Shown: piece by piece, positions 28,377 to 36,922 of the stretch | How the letters are laid out: every line of letters begins with the position of its first letter | Numbering within the stretch: the first letter of the stretch is position 1 | Assembly (NCBI GenBank): GCA_035283365.1 | Contig: DATETY010000008.1 | Coordinates: forward strand, 1-64,000 | Length of the DNA stretch: 64,000 nt | Reading direction: 5' to 3' | Source: Thermoplasmata archaeon | GTDB lineage: Archaea; Thermoplasmatota; Thermoplasmata; RBG-16-68-12 | Program-made: the position numbers and the translations under genes | Notes under the pieces: model-generated | Told to the model about the DNA's origin: nothing | Database searches by the model: none | The model's input: the letters and a program-made list of their open reading frames with translations, nothing else

Positions 28377-29674
28377 ACGGCGCCTTGCGCGCTTGATAGG
28401 ACCCTGCCGTATATCTCCTTTGCCACGGCCTCGTCACGGGCCTCCGAGACGATCCGAATTTTCGGTTCCGTCCCGGAGAAACGAACGAGGGCCCAGCCCG
28501 CGTCGAATCGAAGCCGCCATCCGTCCGTCTCCGTCACTTCCGCACCGAGGTCGCGCAGCGCGCGAACGAGGCGCGCCTCGATTCCGCTCCGTTTCGCGGG
28601 TTCGTACGATACGGATCCGCGTACGGCTGGATACGCGGGCACGTCGGCGAGTTGTTCCGCGAGGGGGCGCTCCGCCACCATCGCGACGAGACGCGCGGCC
28701 GCGTACACACCGTCCGGGCAGAGGCTCGAGGACGGGAAGATCCACGTGCCCGAGGGCTCCGCGCCGAAGTCCGCGCGACGGCGCTTGAGCTCCTGCGCGA
28801 CATACACGTCTCCCACGCGGGTCCTCCAGACCTTCACGCCGGGGAGGAGGTCCTCGAGGGCCATGGACGCGTCGACCGGGACGACGATGGCCTGCCGGGC
28901 CTCCCGCCTCGCGAAGAGCGGCAGGAGGCGATCCCCGCCGACGAACCGGCCTTCCGAGTCGACCGCGACCATTCGGTCCCCGTCCCCGTCGTGGGCGATC
29001 CCGAGATCTGCACCCGCCGCGCGCACCGTGGTCCGGAGGAACGCGAGGTTCTCTTCCGTGGGCTCCGGGTCGCGCCCCGGGAAGCGCCCGTCGGGCTGCG
29101 CGTTGATCGCGAGCACGTCGCACCCCATCTCGCGCAGGACGCGTGGCGTGATCGTCGCGGTCGCGCCGCATCCGCAATCGACGACGACGTGCAGGTCCGC
29201 CGTGCCGGCGTCTCGGAGGACGGCCTCGGCATGACGGTCCACGAGGTCCTCCCGCGCGGTGAGCCGGCCTACCGTGTCCCAGGCCGCGGCGCGGAAGTGT
29301 CCCGCGTCGAGCGCGGCCTCGACCTCCGTCTGCTGGGTCTCGTCGAACGCCATGCCATCCGGGTTCCAGAGCTTGATCCCGTTGTACGGCGCCGGATTGT
29401 GGGAGGCCGTCACGACGATCCCGCACTTGTACTCGCTCGCCGCTCGGGCCAGGGTCGGCGTGGTCACGACGCCCCCGTCAATCGCGTCCGCGCCGGCGCT
29501 CATGAGGCCCGCCGCGAGCGCGGACGCCAAGAGGGGCCCCGTCGTCCGCGGGTCCCGCCCGATGACCGACGCACCGCACAGCTCGCCGAGGACCTTGCCG
29601 ACCTGGAGCGCGAGGTCCGCGGTTACGTCGACGTTCGCGAGCCCCCGGATCCCGGACGAGCCGAACCGCGGCAC
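28373..29674 (-). CDS. glmM: phosphoglucosamine mutase / phosphohexomutase
   Basis: FGSSGIRG. Active-site TASHNP. GxGxDGDGDR metal loop (GIAHDGDGDRMV). Start taken as GTG at 29674; the ORF extends to a TTG at 29740. Overlaps the glmU-like start by 4 nt. Confidence 0.8.
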   Translation of the reverse strand: MPRFGSSGIRGLANVDVTADLALQVGKVLGELCGASVIGRDPRTTGPLLASALAAGLMSAGADAIDGGVVTTPTLARAASEYKCGIVVTASHNPAPYNGIKLWNPDGMAFDETQQTEVEAALDAGHFRAAAWDTVGRLTAREDLVDRHAEAVLRDAGTADLHVVVDCGCGATATITPRVLREMGCDVLAINAQPDGRFPGRDPEPTEENLAFLRTTVRAAGADLGIAHDGDGDRMVAVDSEGRFVGGDRLLPLFARREARQAIVVPVDASMALEDLLPGVKVWRTRVGDVYVAQELKRRRADFGAEPSGTWIFPSSSLCPDGVYAAARLVAMVAERPLAEQLADVPAYPAVRGSVSYEPAKRSGIEARLVRALRDLGAEVTETDGWRLRFDAGWALVRFSGTEPKIRIVSEARDEAVAKEIYGRVLSSAQGAV

Positions 29675-29797
29675 GAGCGCCCGATGGGAGGGACGACTAA
29701 AAGGCCTTCGCGCACGGCTTGGACCGGCCCGGGGAACCAACGATTAAATAGCGAGGGCAGGATGCGTCCCGGCGAGCCCCTCACCCGGAGGGCGGCC

Positions 29798-30022
29798 ATG
29801 GTCATGGAGCCCATCAGCATCGACTCGGCCATCGAGAAGGCGAAGAAGAAGGGCCTCCGCGCCGGACGCGTGAAGGGGACGGACGGGATCCAGTTCACGA
29901 AAGGCCGCAACGATCGGATCGAGGTCATCGACTGGGACGAGTTCCGCCGGACCCTGGCGGAGCGCGAGCTCGAAGTGTTCGAGTCCGGCGGGTGGATGAA
30001 GATCATGCGCAAGACGCGCTGA
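29798..30022 (+). CDS. hypothetical small protein (74 aa)
   Basis: ATG at 29798 preceded by GGAGGG. Protein MVMEPISIDSAIEKAKKKGLRAGRVKGTDGIQFTKGRNDRIEVIDWDEFRRTL.... Confidence 0.45.
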   Translation: MVMEPISIDSAIEKAKKKGLRAGRVKGTDGIQFTKGRNDRIEVIDWDEFRRTLAERELEVFESGGWMKIMRKTR

Positions 30023-30087
30023 TGGGCACGCCCCTCCGCTCGCCCGGCGCATCTTTATTACGAGCCTCCCGATTCGTTGCGAGCCAT

Positions 30088-30172
30088 GCGTGGGTTGCCA
30101 AGCTTGGACAAAGGCGCAGGGCTCAGGATCCTGTCCCGCAGGGGTTCGCAGGTTCAAATCCTGCCCCACGCA
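30088..30172 (+). tRNA. tRNA-Leu(CAG), class II with a long variable arm
   Basis: GCGTGGG/CCCACGC acceptor. Anticodon stem CAGGG/TCCTG with loop CTCAGGA. Variable arm of about 14 nt. T-arm GCAGG-TTCAAAT-CCTGC. Discriminator A. Confidence 0.8.
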
Positions 30173-30289
30173 TCCTTGCCCCGGGCCGCGCGCCCGCCAG
30201 GCCGCCCGACGCCTGACGTACGAAACGGAACATCGGTCGAACCCCGGGCACCGCGATCCTGCCGGCTGCTTGACCCCTCCGCTGTCGCC

Positions 30290-30460
30290 GTTTGTACCTC
30301 GCCTATTTAACTCCTATAAGGCCCGTCATATACTCCATCGGCGGACGAACGTCGGACCGACAGTTTAGGTGATACATTTACAAGTTATATGTCTGACATT
30401 AAGATACAACGATGAAAACTAGTTACGAAACCTATTCATAGTCTCGGAACGTTTGGATGA
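30290..30460. other. anomalously AT-rich island immediately 3-prime of tRNA-Leu
   Basis: Roughly 40% GC over about 170 bp (tatttaactcctataagg...gtgatacatttacaagttatatgtctgacattaagatacaacgatgaaaactagttacgaaacctattcatag). The flanks are GC-rich. Confidence 0.5.
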
Positions 30461-30580
30461 GTGCCCAAGCGGGACGGGCGTGAACGGCCTCACGCGGTGC
30501 ATCCGCGCCGCGTCCGCCCCCGGCCGATCACGTCCCGCGGCGGCGTCCGCGCTGGCCGAGACCCGTTTGGAGGTGTTCCC

Positions 30581-32035
30581 TTGCCGTCCCAGCGGTTCAG
30601 TCGGAAGTACCTACGCCGACACCGGAAGAGCCAGCAGCTGTGGCGCCGCGCATCTCGCCTCACCCCGGGCGGAGTCGAGAGCAACGTCCGGTACTTCAAG
30701 CCGCATCCGTTCCTCGCGGACTACGGCGACGGCGCGTACATCTACGACGTCGACGGAAACAAGATCCTCGACTTCATGATGGGCATGGGGGCTCTCCTCC
30801 TGGGCCACAACAACCGGGACATCGCCCTCGAGGTGATCAAACAGCTCGAGTCCGGATCGATGCTCGGGATCACGAACGAGCTGTTCATCGAGTACATCGA
30901 GACGGTCCAGAAGGCGGTCCCCTCCATGAAGAAGGTCCGGCTCACGAACAGCGGGACGGAGGCGACGATGCACGCGATCCGGACCGCGCGCGCCTACTCC
31001 GGCAAGGAGAAGATCGCGAAGGTGGAGGGCGCGTACCACGGCGCCCACGACTACGTGCTACAGAGCCTCGACATGGACAGCCGGACCGCGCGGCGGATGA
31101 CCGGATACCGGCCCGTGACGTACGGGCGAGGCATCCCGAAAGCCGTCGCGGACACCGTGGTCGTGTTCCCGTACAACGACATCGACGCGACCGCTGAGAT
31201 CCTCGAGGAGAACGAGGACGAAGTCGGCACGATGATCATCGAGCCCGTCCTGTGCGGCCCCGGCGTCATCGCGCCCCGAGGCAACTATCTGAAGCGGCTC
31301 CGGCAGCTCACTCGGAAGATGGGGATCGTCCTGATCTTCGACGAGGTCCTGACGGGGTTCCGCCTCGCATACGGCGGGGCCCAGGAATACTACGACGTCC
31401 GGGCGGACCTCACCGCGTTCGGGAAGATCGCAGGCGGAGGGTTCCCCCTCGCGGGATTCGGGGGCGAGAAGCAGATCATGGAGGTCCTAGAGCCGGGGAG
31501 AGGATGGCGGTACGGCACGTTCCATGCGGGCACGTACAACGGGCACCCGATCAGCGTCGCCGCGGGCCTCAAGGGCCTCCAGATCCTCGGAGAGCACCCC
31601 GAGCACTACAGCTACATCAACAACCTCGGCCGCCAGCTGTACGGAGGGCTCCAGGACCTCGCGGACGACCGGCGGCTCCCGGCCTGGGTCGAGTACGTCG
31701 GATCGATCGGGAACATCTACTTCACGAGCAAGGACGAGATCCGAAACTACCGGGACACGTTCAGCGCGAACACGCGTCGCTGGTGGAACTGGTTCATCCA
31801 CTGCCTCGGGAACAACGTCCTGTTCGGCATCCCGAACACGGGCGAGCGCGCATTCATCTCGACCGAGCACACAGAAGAGGACATCGAGTGGGCCCTCGAG
31901 GTGGCGGACAACGGGTTCGCCGCGATCGCGCGCCAGGCGAAGCGGCAGCGCGAACGGATGCCCGCGGTGAAGGTGCAAGCCGTCCAGGCGCAAGCCGCCC
32001 TGTACGGAGAGGCGACCGCTCCTCCGAGCGTGTGA
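30581..32035 (+). CDS. class-III pyridoxal-phosphate aminotransferase (glutamate-1-semialdehyde aminomutase-like)
   Basis: TPGGVESNVRYFKP near the N-terminus. PLP region AYHGAHD...FDEVLTGFR. HemL-like C-terminus. TTG at 30581 preceded by GGAGGTG. Confidence 0.8.
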   Translation: MPSQRFSRKYLRRHRKSQQLWRRASRLTPGGVESNVRYFKPHPFLADYGDGAYIYDVDGNKILDFMMGMGALLLGHNNRDIALEVIKQLESGSMLGITNELFIEYIETVQKAVPSMKKVRLTNSGTEATMHAIRTARAYSGKEKIAKVEGAYHGAHDYVLQSLDMDSRTARRMTGYRPVTYGRGIPKAVADTVVVFPYNDIDATAEILEENEDEVGTMIIEPVLCGPGVIAPRGNYLKRLRQLTRKMGIVLIFDEVLTGFRLAYGGAQEYYDVRADLTAFGKIAGGGFPLAGFGGEKQIMEVLEPGRGWRYGTFHAGTYNGHPISVAAGLKGLQILGEHPEHYSYINNLGRQLYGGLQDLADDRRLPAWVEYVGSIGNIYFTSKDEIRNYRDTFSANTRRWWNWFIHCLGNNVLFGIPNTGERAFISTEHTEEDIEWALEVADNGFAAIARQAKRQRERMPAVKVQAVQAQAALYGEATAPPSV

Positions 32036-32162
32036 GCGCGCCGCCTGTCTCGCCCGCGCCGCGCAACGCAAAGTATATCGACCCCGCTCGCGGTCCGAGC
32101 CTCCCGGGGGAGGACACGTGTCGAGGACCTCGAGGAAGTCCGGCGCGAAGCGCGAATTCAGG

Positions 32163-33602
32163 ATGTACGTCGACGGAAAGTGGGTCGGGTCGGAAGCGGG
32201 AGACACGTTCGACGTCGTGAGCCCCGCCTCCGGCGAGCCCCTCGGGACGTTCCCGAAGGGCACCGCGGAGGACGCGAAGCACGCCGTCGAGGTCGCCGTG
32301 AAGGCCCAGGAGACGATCGCACGAATGCCGATCGCGGAACGGTGCCGCCTCGGCGCACGCATCGCGGAGGAGGTCCGCCGTTTCGTGAAAGAGTATGCGG
32401 TCGATTGCTCCCTCGAGCACGGGAAGCCGCTCCGCGAGTCGATCGTGGAAGTCGAGGACGTGATCCCGAACCTCCTGTGGCAGGTGGAAGACCTCAAGCG
32501 ATGGGATGCGCCCGCCCAGGAGGGCTACTCGAAGCCGGACGTGCTCTACATGTCCCTCCACGAACCGCTCGGCACCGTGACCGTGATCACGCCGTGGAAC
32601 TTCCCGTGGGTCCTCCCGTCCGAGTTCGTCGCCCAGGCGATGCTCGCCGGCAACTCGGTCGTCTGGAAGCCGGCCAGCAACACGCCGATCAGCGCGGTGC
32701 ACCTCATGGAGTGTGTCGACCGAGCGGGCGTCCCGCCGGGCGTCATCAACATGGTCACTGGCCCGGGCCGCGAGGTCGGGACGACTCTCGTCGAGCATCC
32801 GCTCGTCGACGGGATTGGATTCACGGGAGAGACGACCACGGGGCTGGACATCGCGAAGCGCGCGGGCCTGAAGAAGATCACCCTCGAACTCGGCGGCCTG
32901 GGTCCCCTCATCATCATGGACGACGCGAGGATTGAGCCCGCCGTCGAGGACATCATGTTCGGGTGTTTCACGAACACGGGCCACTGCTGCGTCGCGAACG
33001 AACGCGTCTTCGTCCACGAGAAGATCCACGACAAGGTCGTCAAGAGCCTCGCGGAGCGCACGAAGAAGATGAAGGTCGGATTCCCGTTGGACAACGACAC
33101 GGACCTCGGGCCCGTGAACAACCGGCCGACCCTGAAGAAGATCGAGGCCAACGTGGCGGATGCGGTGCGGAAAGGGGCGAAGGTGCTCGCGGGCGGCGGC
33201 CGCGTCCCCGGGATGCCGACGGACCTGTACTACTACCCGACCGTCGTGGATGGCGTCACGCCGGACATGGACTTCGACACGGTCGAAACGTTCGGACCCG
33301 TCGCCCCCGTGTTCGAGTTCACCGACCTCGACGAAGCGATCGAACGCGCGAACGCGCCGCGATACGGCCTGAGCATGGCGATCCACACGGCGAACCTGCG
33401 CGTCGCGATGGAGGCCGCGAAGCGTCTCAAGTCCGGACAGATCTGCATCAACGAGCCCGTGTACTCGTGGGACTACATGAACGCGTGGGGCGGCTTCCGG
33501 AACAGCGGCCTCGGACGCATCGCGGGGCGGTGGACCCTGGACGCGTTCTCCGAGCTCAAGACGGTCATGATCAACGTGGGCCGCAGCCCGTGGCCTTCCT
33601 GA
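32163..33602 (+). CDS. NAD(P)+-dependent aldehyde dehydrogenase
   Basis: ALDH fold. ITLELGGLGP (the ELGGKSP equivalent). Catalytic Cys region FTNTGHCCVANERVFV. ATG at 32163. Confidence 0.85.
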   Translation: MYVDGKWVGSEAGDTFDVVSPASGEPLGTFPKGTAEDAKHAVEVAVKAQETIARMPIAERCRLGARIAEEVRRFVKEYAVDCSLEHGKPLRESIVEVEDVIPNLLWQVEDLKRWDAPAQEGYSKPDVLYMSLHEPLGTVTVITPWNFPWVLPSEFVAQAMLAGNSVVWKPASNTPISAVHLMECVDRAGVPPGVINMVTGPGREVGTTLVEHPLVDGIGFTGETTTGLDIAKRAGLKKITLELGGLGPLIIMDDARIEPAVEDIMFGCFTNTGHCCVANERVFVHEKIHDKVVKSLAERTKKMKVGFPLDNDTDLGPVNNRPTLKKIEANVADAVRKGAKVLAGGGRVPGMPTDLYYYPTVVDGVTPDMDFDTVETFGPVAPVFEFTDLDEAIERANAPRYGLSMAIHTANLRVAMEAAKRLKSGQICINEPVYSWDYMNAWGGFRNSGLGRIAGRWTLDAFSELKTVMINVGRSPWPS

Positions 33603-33617
33603 CGCGTTCGGGGCTTG

Positions 33618-34697
33618 TCAGCGCTTCACGAGGATCGCGTTCGCCGGGTTCCAGCCGACCTTGATGCGGGTCCCGAGTTCGAACGACTTCCCGATGTCCC
33701 CGATCTGCACGTTCGCGGTGATCCGGGGTCCCTGGTCGAGCTCGACGGTGACCTTGCTCGCCAACCCGACGTACACCTCGTCCACCACGCGTCCCTCGAA
33801 CACGTTCACGCAGGCATCTGCCTCCGTCCCGACGCGGATCTTTTCCGGACGGACGGAGAGGAAGACGGCCTCGCCCGCCGCGACGTCGTACGCTTCCGCG
33901 ACGAAGTCGACCGAGTCGTGCTTGATCACGGCGCGGCCCGGCTGGGCGTCCGAGACGGTCCCGCTCAGGATGTTCGCCTCGCCGATGAAGCTCGCGACGA
34001 ACTTCGTGGCGGGCCGCTCGTAGATGTCCTTCGCATTGCCGAGCTGCTCGATCTTCCCCTGGTTGATGACCCCGATCACGTTCGACATCGTGAGGGCCTC
34101 TTCCTGATCGTGGGTCACGAAGACGAACGTGATGCCGAGCCGCTGCTGCAGCTTCTTCGTCTCGACCTGCATCTGCTTGCGGAGCTTCAGGTCGAGCGCG
34201 CCGAACGGCTCGTCGAGGAGCAGGACCCGGGGCTCCGTCACGAGGGCGCGCGCGAGGGCGACCCGCTGCCGCTCGCCGCCGCTGAGTTGCGTGATCTTGC
34301 GGCCGCCGTATTTCTGGTGCGCCAGCTCCACGAGGTCGAGCGCCTCGTCGACGCGTCGGTCGATGATGTCCCTCGGGACTTTTCGCATCCGGAGGCCGAA
34401 CGCGATGTTCCCCGCGACCGTGAGGTGGGGGAACAGGGCGAGGCTCTGGAACACCATGCTCGTGTCCCGCTCGTAAGGAGGCAGGTCCGTCACGTCCTTG
34501 CCGCCAATGAACACCGTCCCCCCCGTAGGCTGCTCGAGGCCGCCCACCATGCGGAGGATCGTCGACTTGCCGCTCCCGGAGGGTCCGAGGAGCGTGAAGA
34601 AGGAGCCCTTCTCGACGCCGAACTCCACCGCATCGACCGCGGTGACGTGGTTGTCGAACACCTTCGTGAGCGTTTTCACCTCGACGTCGTATGTCAT
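33618..34697 (-). CDS. potA: ABC transporter ATP-binding protein, PotA-like (spermidine/putrescine type)
   Basis: Walker A GPSGSGKST. Signature LSGGERQRVALARAL. Walker B LLLDEPFGALD. C-terminal TOBE domain. Confidence 0.85.
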   Translation of the reverse strand: MTYDVEVKTLTKVFDNHVTAVDAVEFGVEKGSFFTLLGPSGSGKSTILRMVGGLEQPTGGTVFIGGKDVTDLPPYERDTSMVFQSLALFPHLTVAGNIAFGLRMRKVPRDIIDRRVDEALDLVELAHQKYGGRKITQLSGGERQRVALARALVTEPRVLLLDEPFGALDLKLRKQMQVETKKLQQRLGITFVFVTHDQEEALTMSNVIGVINQGKIEQLGNAKDIYERPATKFVASFIGEANILSGTVSDAQPGRAVIKHDSVDFVAEAYDVAAGEAVFLSVRPEKIRVGTEADACVNVFEGRVVDEVYVGLASKVTVELDQGPRITANVQIGDIGKSFELGTRIKVGWNPANAILVKR

Positions 34698-34736
34698 CCT
34701 CGTGCCACCCCAGGTTTGCCCCGCATCGTCGACCGC

Positions 34737-36608
34737 CTAGATCCGGAAGAGCTGACCTCCGCGCTTGCCGAGCCGCGTCATCAGGACGACGAACACGAGG
34801 GACAGAAGGAGCACCACGACGGACGCCGCGTTCACGCGCGGGCTCAGGATCTTCTTCGAGATCAGGCTGTAGATGAACACGGGGACCGTGATCACGTCTT
34901 GCCCGTAGAGGAACAGGGTCACGGGAAGCTCATCGAAGGAGAACGTGAACCCCAGGAGGATCGCAGAGATGATCCCGGGCATGATGTTCGGGAGGGTCAC
35001 GCGGAAGAACGTGGTGATCTCATCGGCGCCCAGGTTCATCGCGGCCTCCTCGAGGGTCCGGTCGAACTCCCGGAAGCTGATGAGCAGGACGAGCGTCGCG
35101 AGGGGGATGTTGAACGTCGTGTGGCCCACGATGACGGACGCGAGCCCGTAGTCCCATTGGACGGGCGTCCCGAACCCGTATCCCATGGAGAGCGGCCCGA
35201 GGACATAGTAGTTCAGGAAGCGGATCAGGATCGCGATCGAGATCCCCAGGATGAGGCTCGGGATCACGAGGCCTAGGTACATCGCGGTCTGGAGGACGTT
35301 CCGGGCGCGGAAACGGTACCGGTTCATCGCGAAGGCGGCGAGCATCCCGACGAACAGGGCGAGCACGGAGGACGCCCCTGCGATCACGAAACTGTAGAGG
35401 ATCGAACGCAGGGCGTCTTCGTCTTGGAGGAAGCCGTCCCGGTCCGGACGCCCCAGCCACCAGTCGAGGGAGAACCGGCCGAAGTAGAACAGGTTGTCGT
35501 CCGAGTTGAACGAGAAGATGCCGACGATGATCAGGGGGACGAAGAACATGAGGAGCATGAGGGCCGTGACGCCGCCGAGGATCAGCTTCCCGGTCTTCTC
35601 GCTCACCCAGTCGAGGGCGGACTCCCACGGGGCCTTGCGGACGGGGCCCCCCACCACGGATCGAGAGCCGATGCCGAAGCGGGCGAGGACTCCACCGTCC
35701 GGCAGCGTGGCCAGCGTCGGTTTCTCCCGCGGCTTTCCGAGCTTGAGGTTCGCCTTCAGCCAGCGCCAGATCGGTCCGATCACGTACGACCGGACCTCCG
35801 TGCCCCCCTGCTCCTCGAGCTCCGCGTACCGCCGGTACACGGAGATCAGGAGCACGGTCACGATGATGATGAACATCGCGGACGCGGCGGCCTGAGGGAG
35901 TCCTCCGATCACCGCGAATTGGGTCTGCACGTAGTTCCCGATGAACAACCACGCGCCTCCGCCGACCATCTCTGTCTCGATGAACGCACCGACGGAGGTG
36001 ATGAAGACGAGGATCGAGCCGACGACGATGGCCGGATACGTGAGGGGCAGGGTCACATGGAGGAATGCGCGCCAGCGGCTCGCGCCGAGGTCGTACGCGG
36101 CCTCGAGCAACGTGGCATCGACCTTCGACAGGGACGCGAACAGGGGGAGGATCATGAAGGGGAGCCAGACGTACATCAGGGTGAAGATGACCATCTGCCC
36201 CGTCCCGAGCTCGAACACGGCCAGGATCGCCTCGCTCACGATCCCGAGGTAGACGGCCCGGAGGCCGTCGTGGATGAACGAGTTCGTGTTCGTGAACGGG
36301 AAGACCGCGTAAATCCGCACGATGAAACTGATCCAGAATGGAATCACGACGAGGCCCATCAGCAGGCCTCGCCACCTCTCCTTGGCGAGACGGGCGATGT
36401 AGTAAGCCATCGCGTATCCGACGACGAGGGACACGACCGTCGTGAGCGCAGCCATGCCGAAGGTTCGGAGGAGCAGCGGGATCACGAGGGCGCCCCGGCC
36501 AATCGAGACCGCGTCCGCGTAGTTGATCGGATCGAACGGCCAGACGTGGAGGATGTACGAGTCGTCGTACCATGCGAATCCGTATACGAACACGAAGAAC
36601 AGGGGCAC
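34737..36608 (-). CDS. fused ABC permease with two PotB/PotC-like transmembrane domains
   Basis: 623 aa with two tandem permease modules. The conserved N-terminal helix (RRLARLTRSTGNVRLFLILATPTFWLALFLVVP) continues in frame upstream of the GTG at 36606 as far as a stop at 36786. That stretch contains no ATG, GTG or TTG. Confidence 0.75.
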   Translation of the reverse strand: MPLFFVFVYGFAWYDDSYILHVWPFDPINYADAVSIGRGALVIPLLLRTFGMAALTTVVSLVVGYAMAYYIARLAKERWRGLLMGLVVIPFWISFIVRIYAVFPFTNTNSFIHDGLRAVYLGIVSEAILAVFELGTGQMVIFTLMYVWLPFMILPLFASLSKVDATLLEAAYDLGASRWRAFLHVTLPLTYPAIVVGSILVFITSVGAFIETEMVGGGAWLFIGNYVQTQFAVIGGLPQAAASAMFIIIVTVLLISVYRRYAELEEQGGTEVRSYVIGPIWRWLKANLKLGKPREKPTLATLPDGGVLARFGIGSRSVVGGPVRKAPWESALDWVSEKTGKLILGGVTALMLLMFFVPLIIVGIFSFNSDDNLFYFGRFSLDWWLGRPDRDGFLQDEDALRSILYSFVIAGASSVLALFVGMLAAFAMNRYRFRARNVLQTAMYLGLVIPSLILGISIAILIRFLNYYVLGPLSMGYGFGTPVQWDYGLASVIVGHTTFNIPLATLVLLISFREFDRTLEEAAMNLGADEITTFFRVTLPNIMPGIISAILLGFTFSFDELPVTLFLYGQDVITVPVFIYSLISKKILSPRVNAASVVVLLLSLVFVVLMTRLGKRGGQLFRI

Positions 36609-36922
36609 GACGAGGAAGAGCGCGAGCCAGAACGTCGGAGTCGCCAGGATGAGGAACAGGCGGACGTTCCCCGTGCTACGGGTCAGACGGGCCAGGCGAC
36701 GCCCGATGCCTCCTCGGACCCCGCGCGACTCGACCGGCGGGCCCTCCTCCTTCCCCTGGGCCGTCCCGACGCCTCCCGCCCGGATTCACGAGAAAGGGGG
36801 TCCGGACTTTAATGGTTTGGATTTTGTGCCGCCCGCCGGGAGCTTCACCGGGAAGGAATCCTTATATCGGCACGACGGCGTAACGCATGCACGTGGCCGC
36901 GGCGCAGCGCCGCGCCTCATGG

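Noticed and set aside
29675-29740. Upstream TTG extension of glmM
   Set aside because: The conserved phosphohexomutase N-terminus FGSSGIRG begins right after the GTG at 29674. The extension is Arg/Pro-rich.
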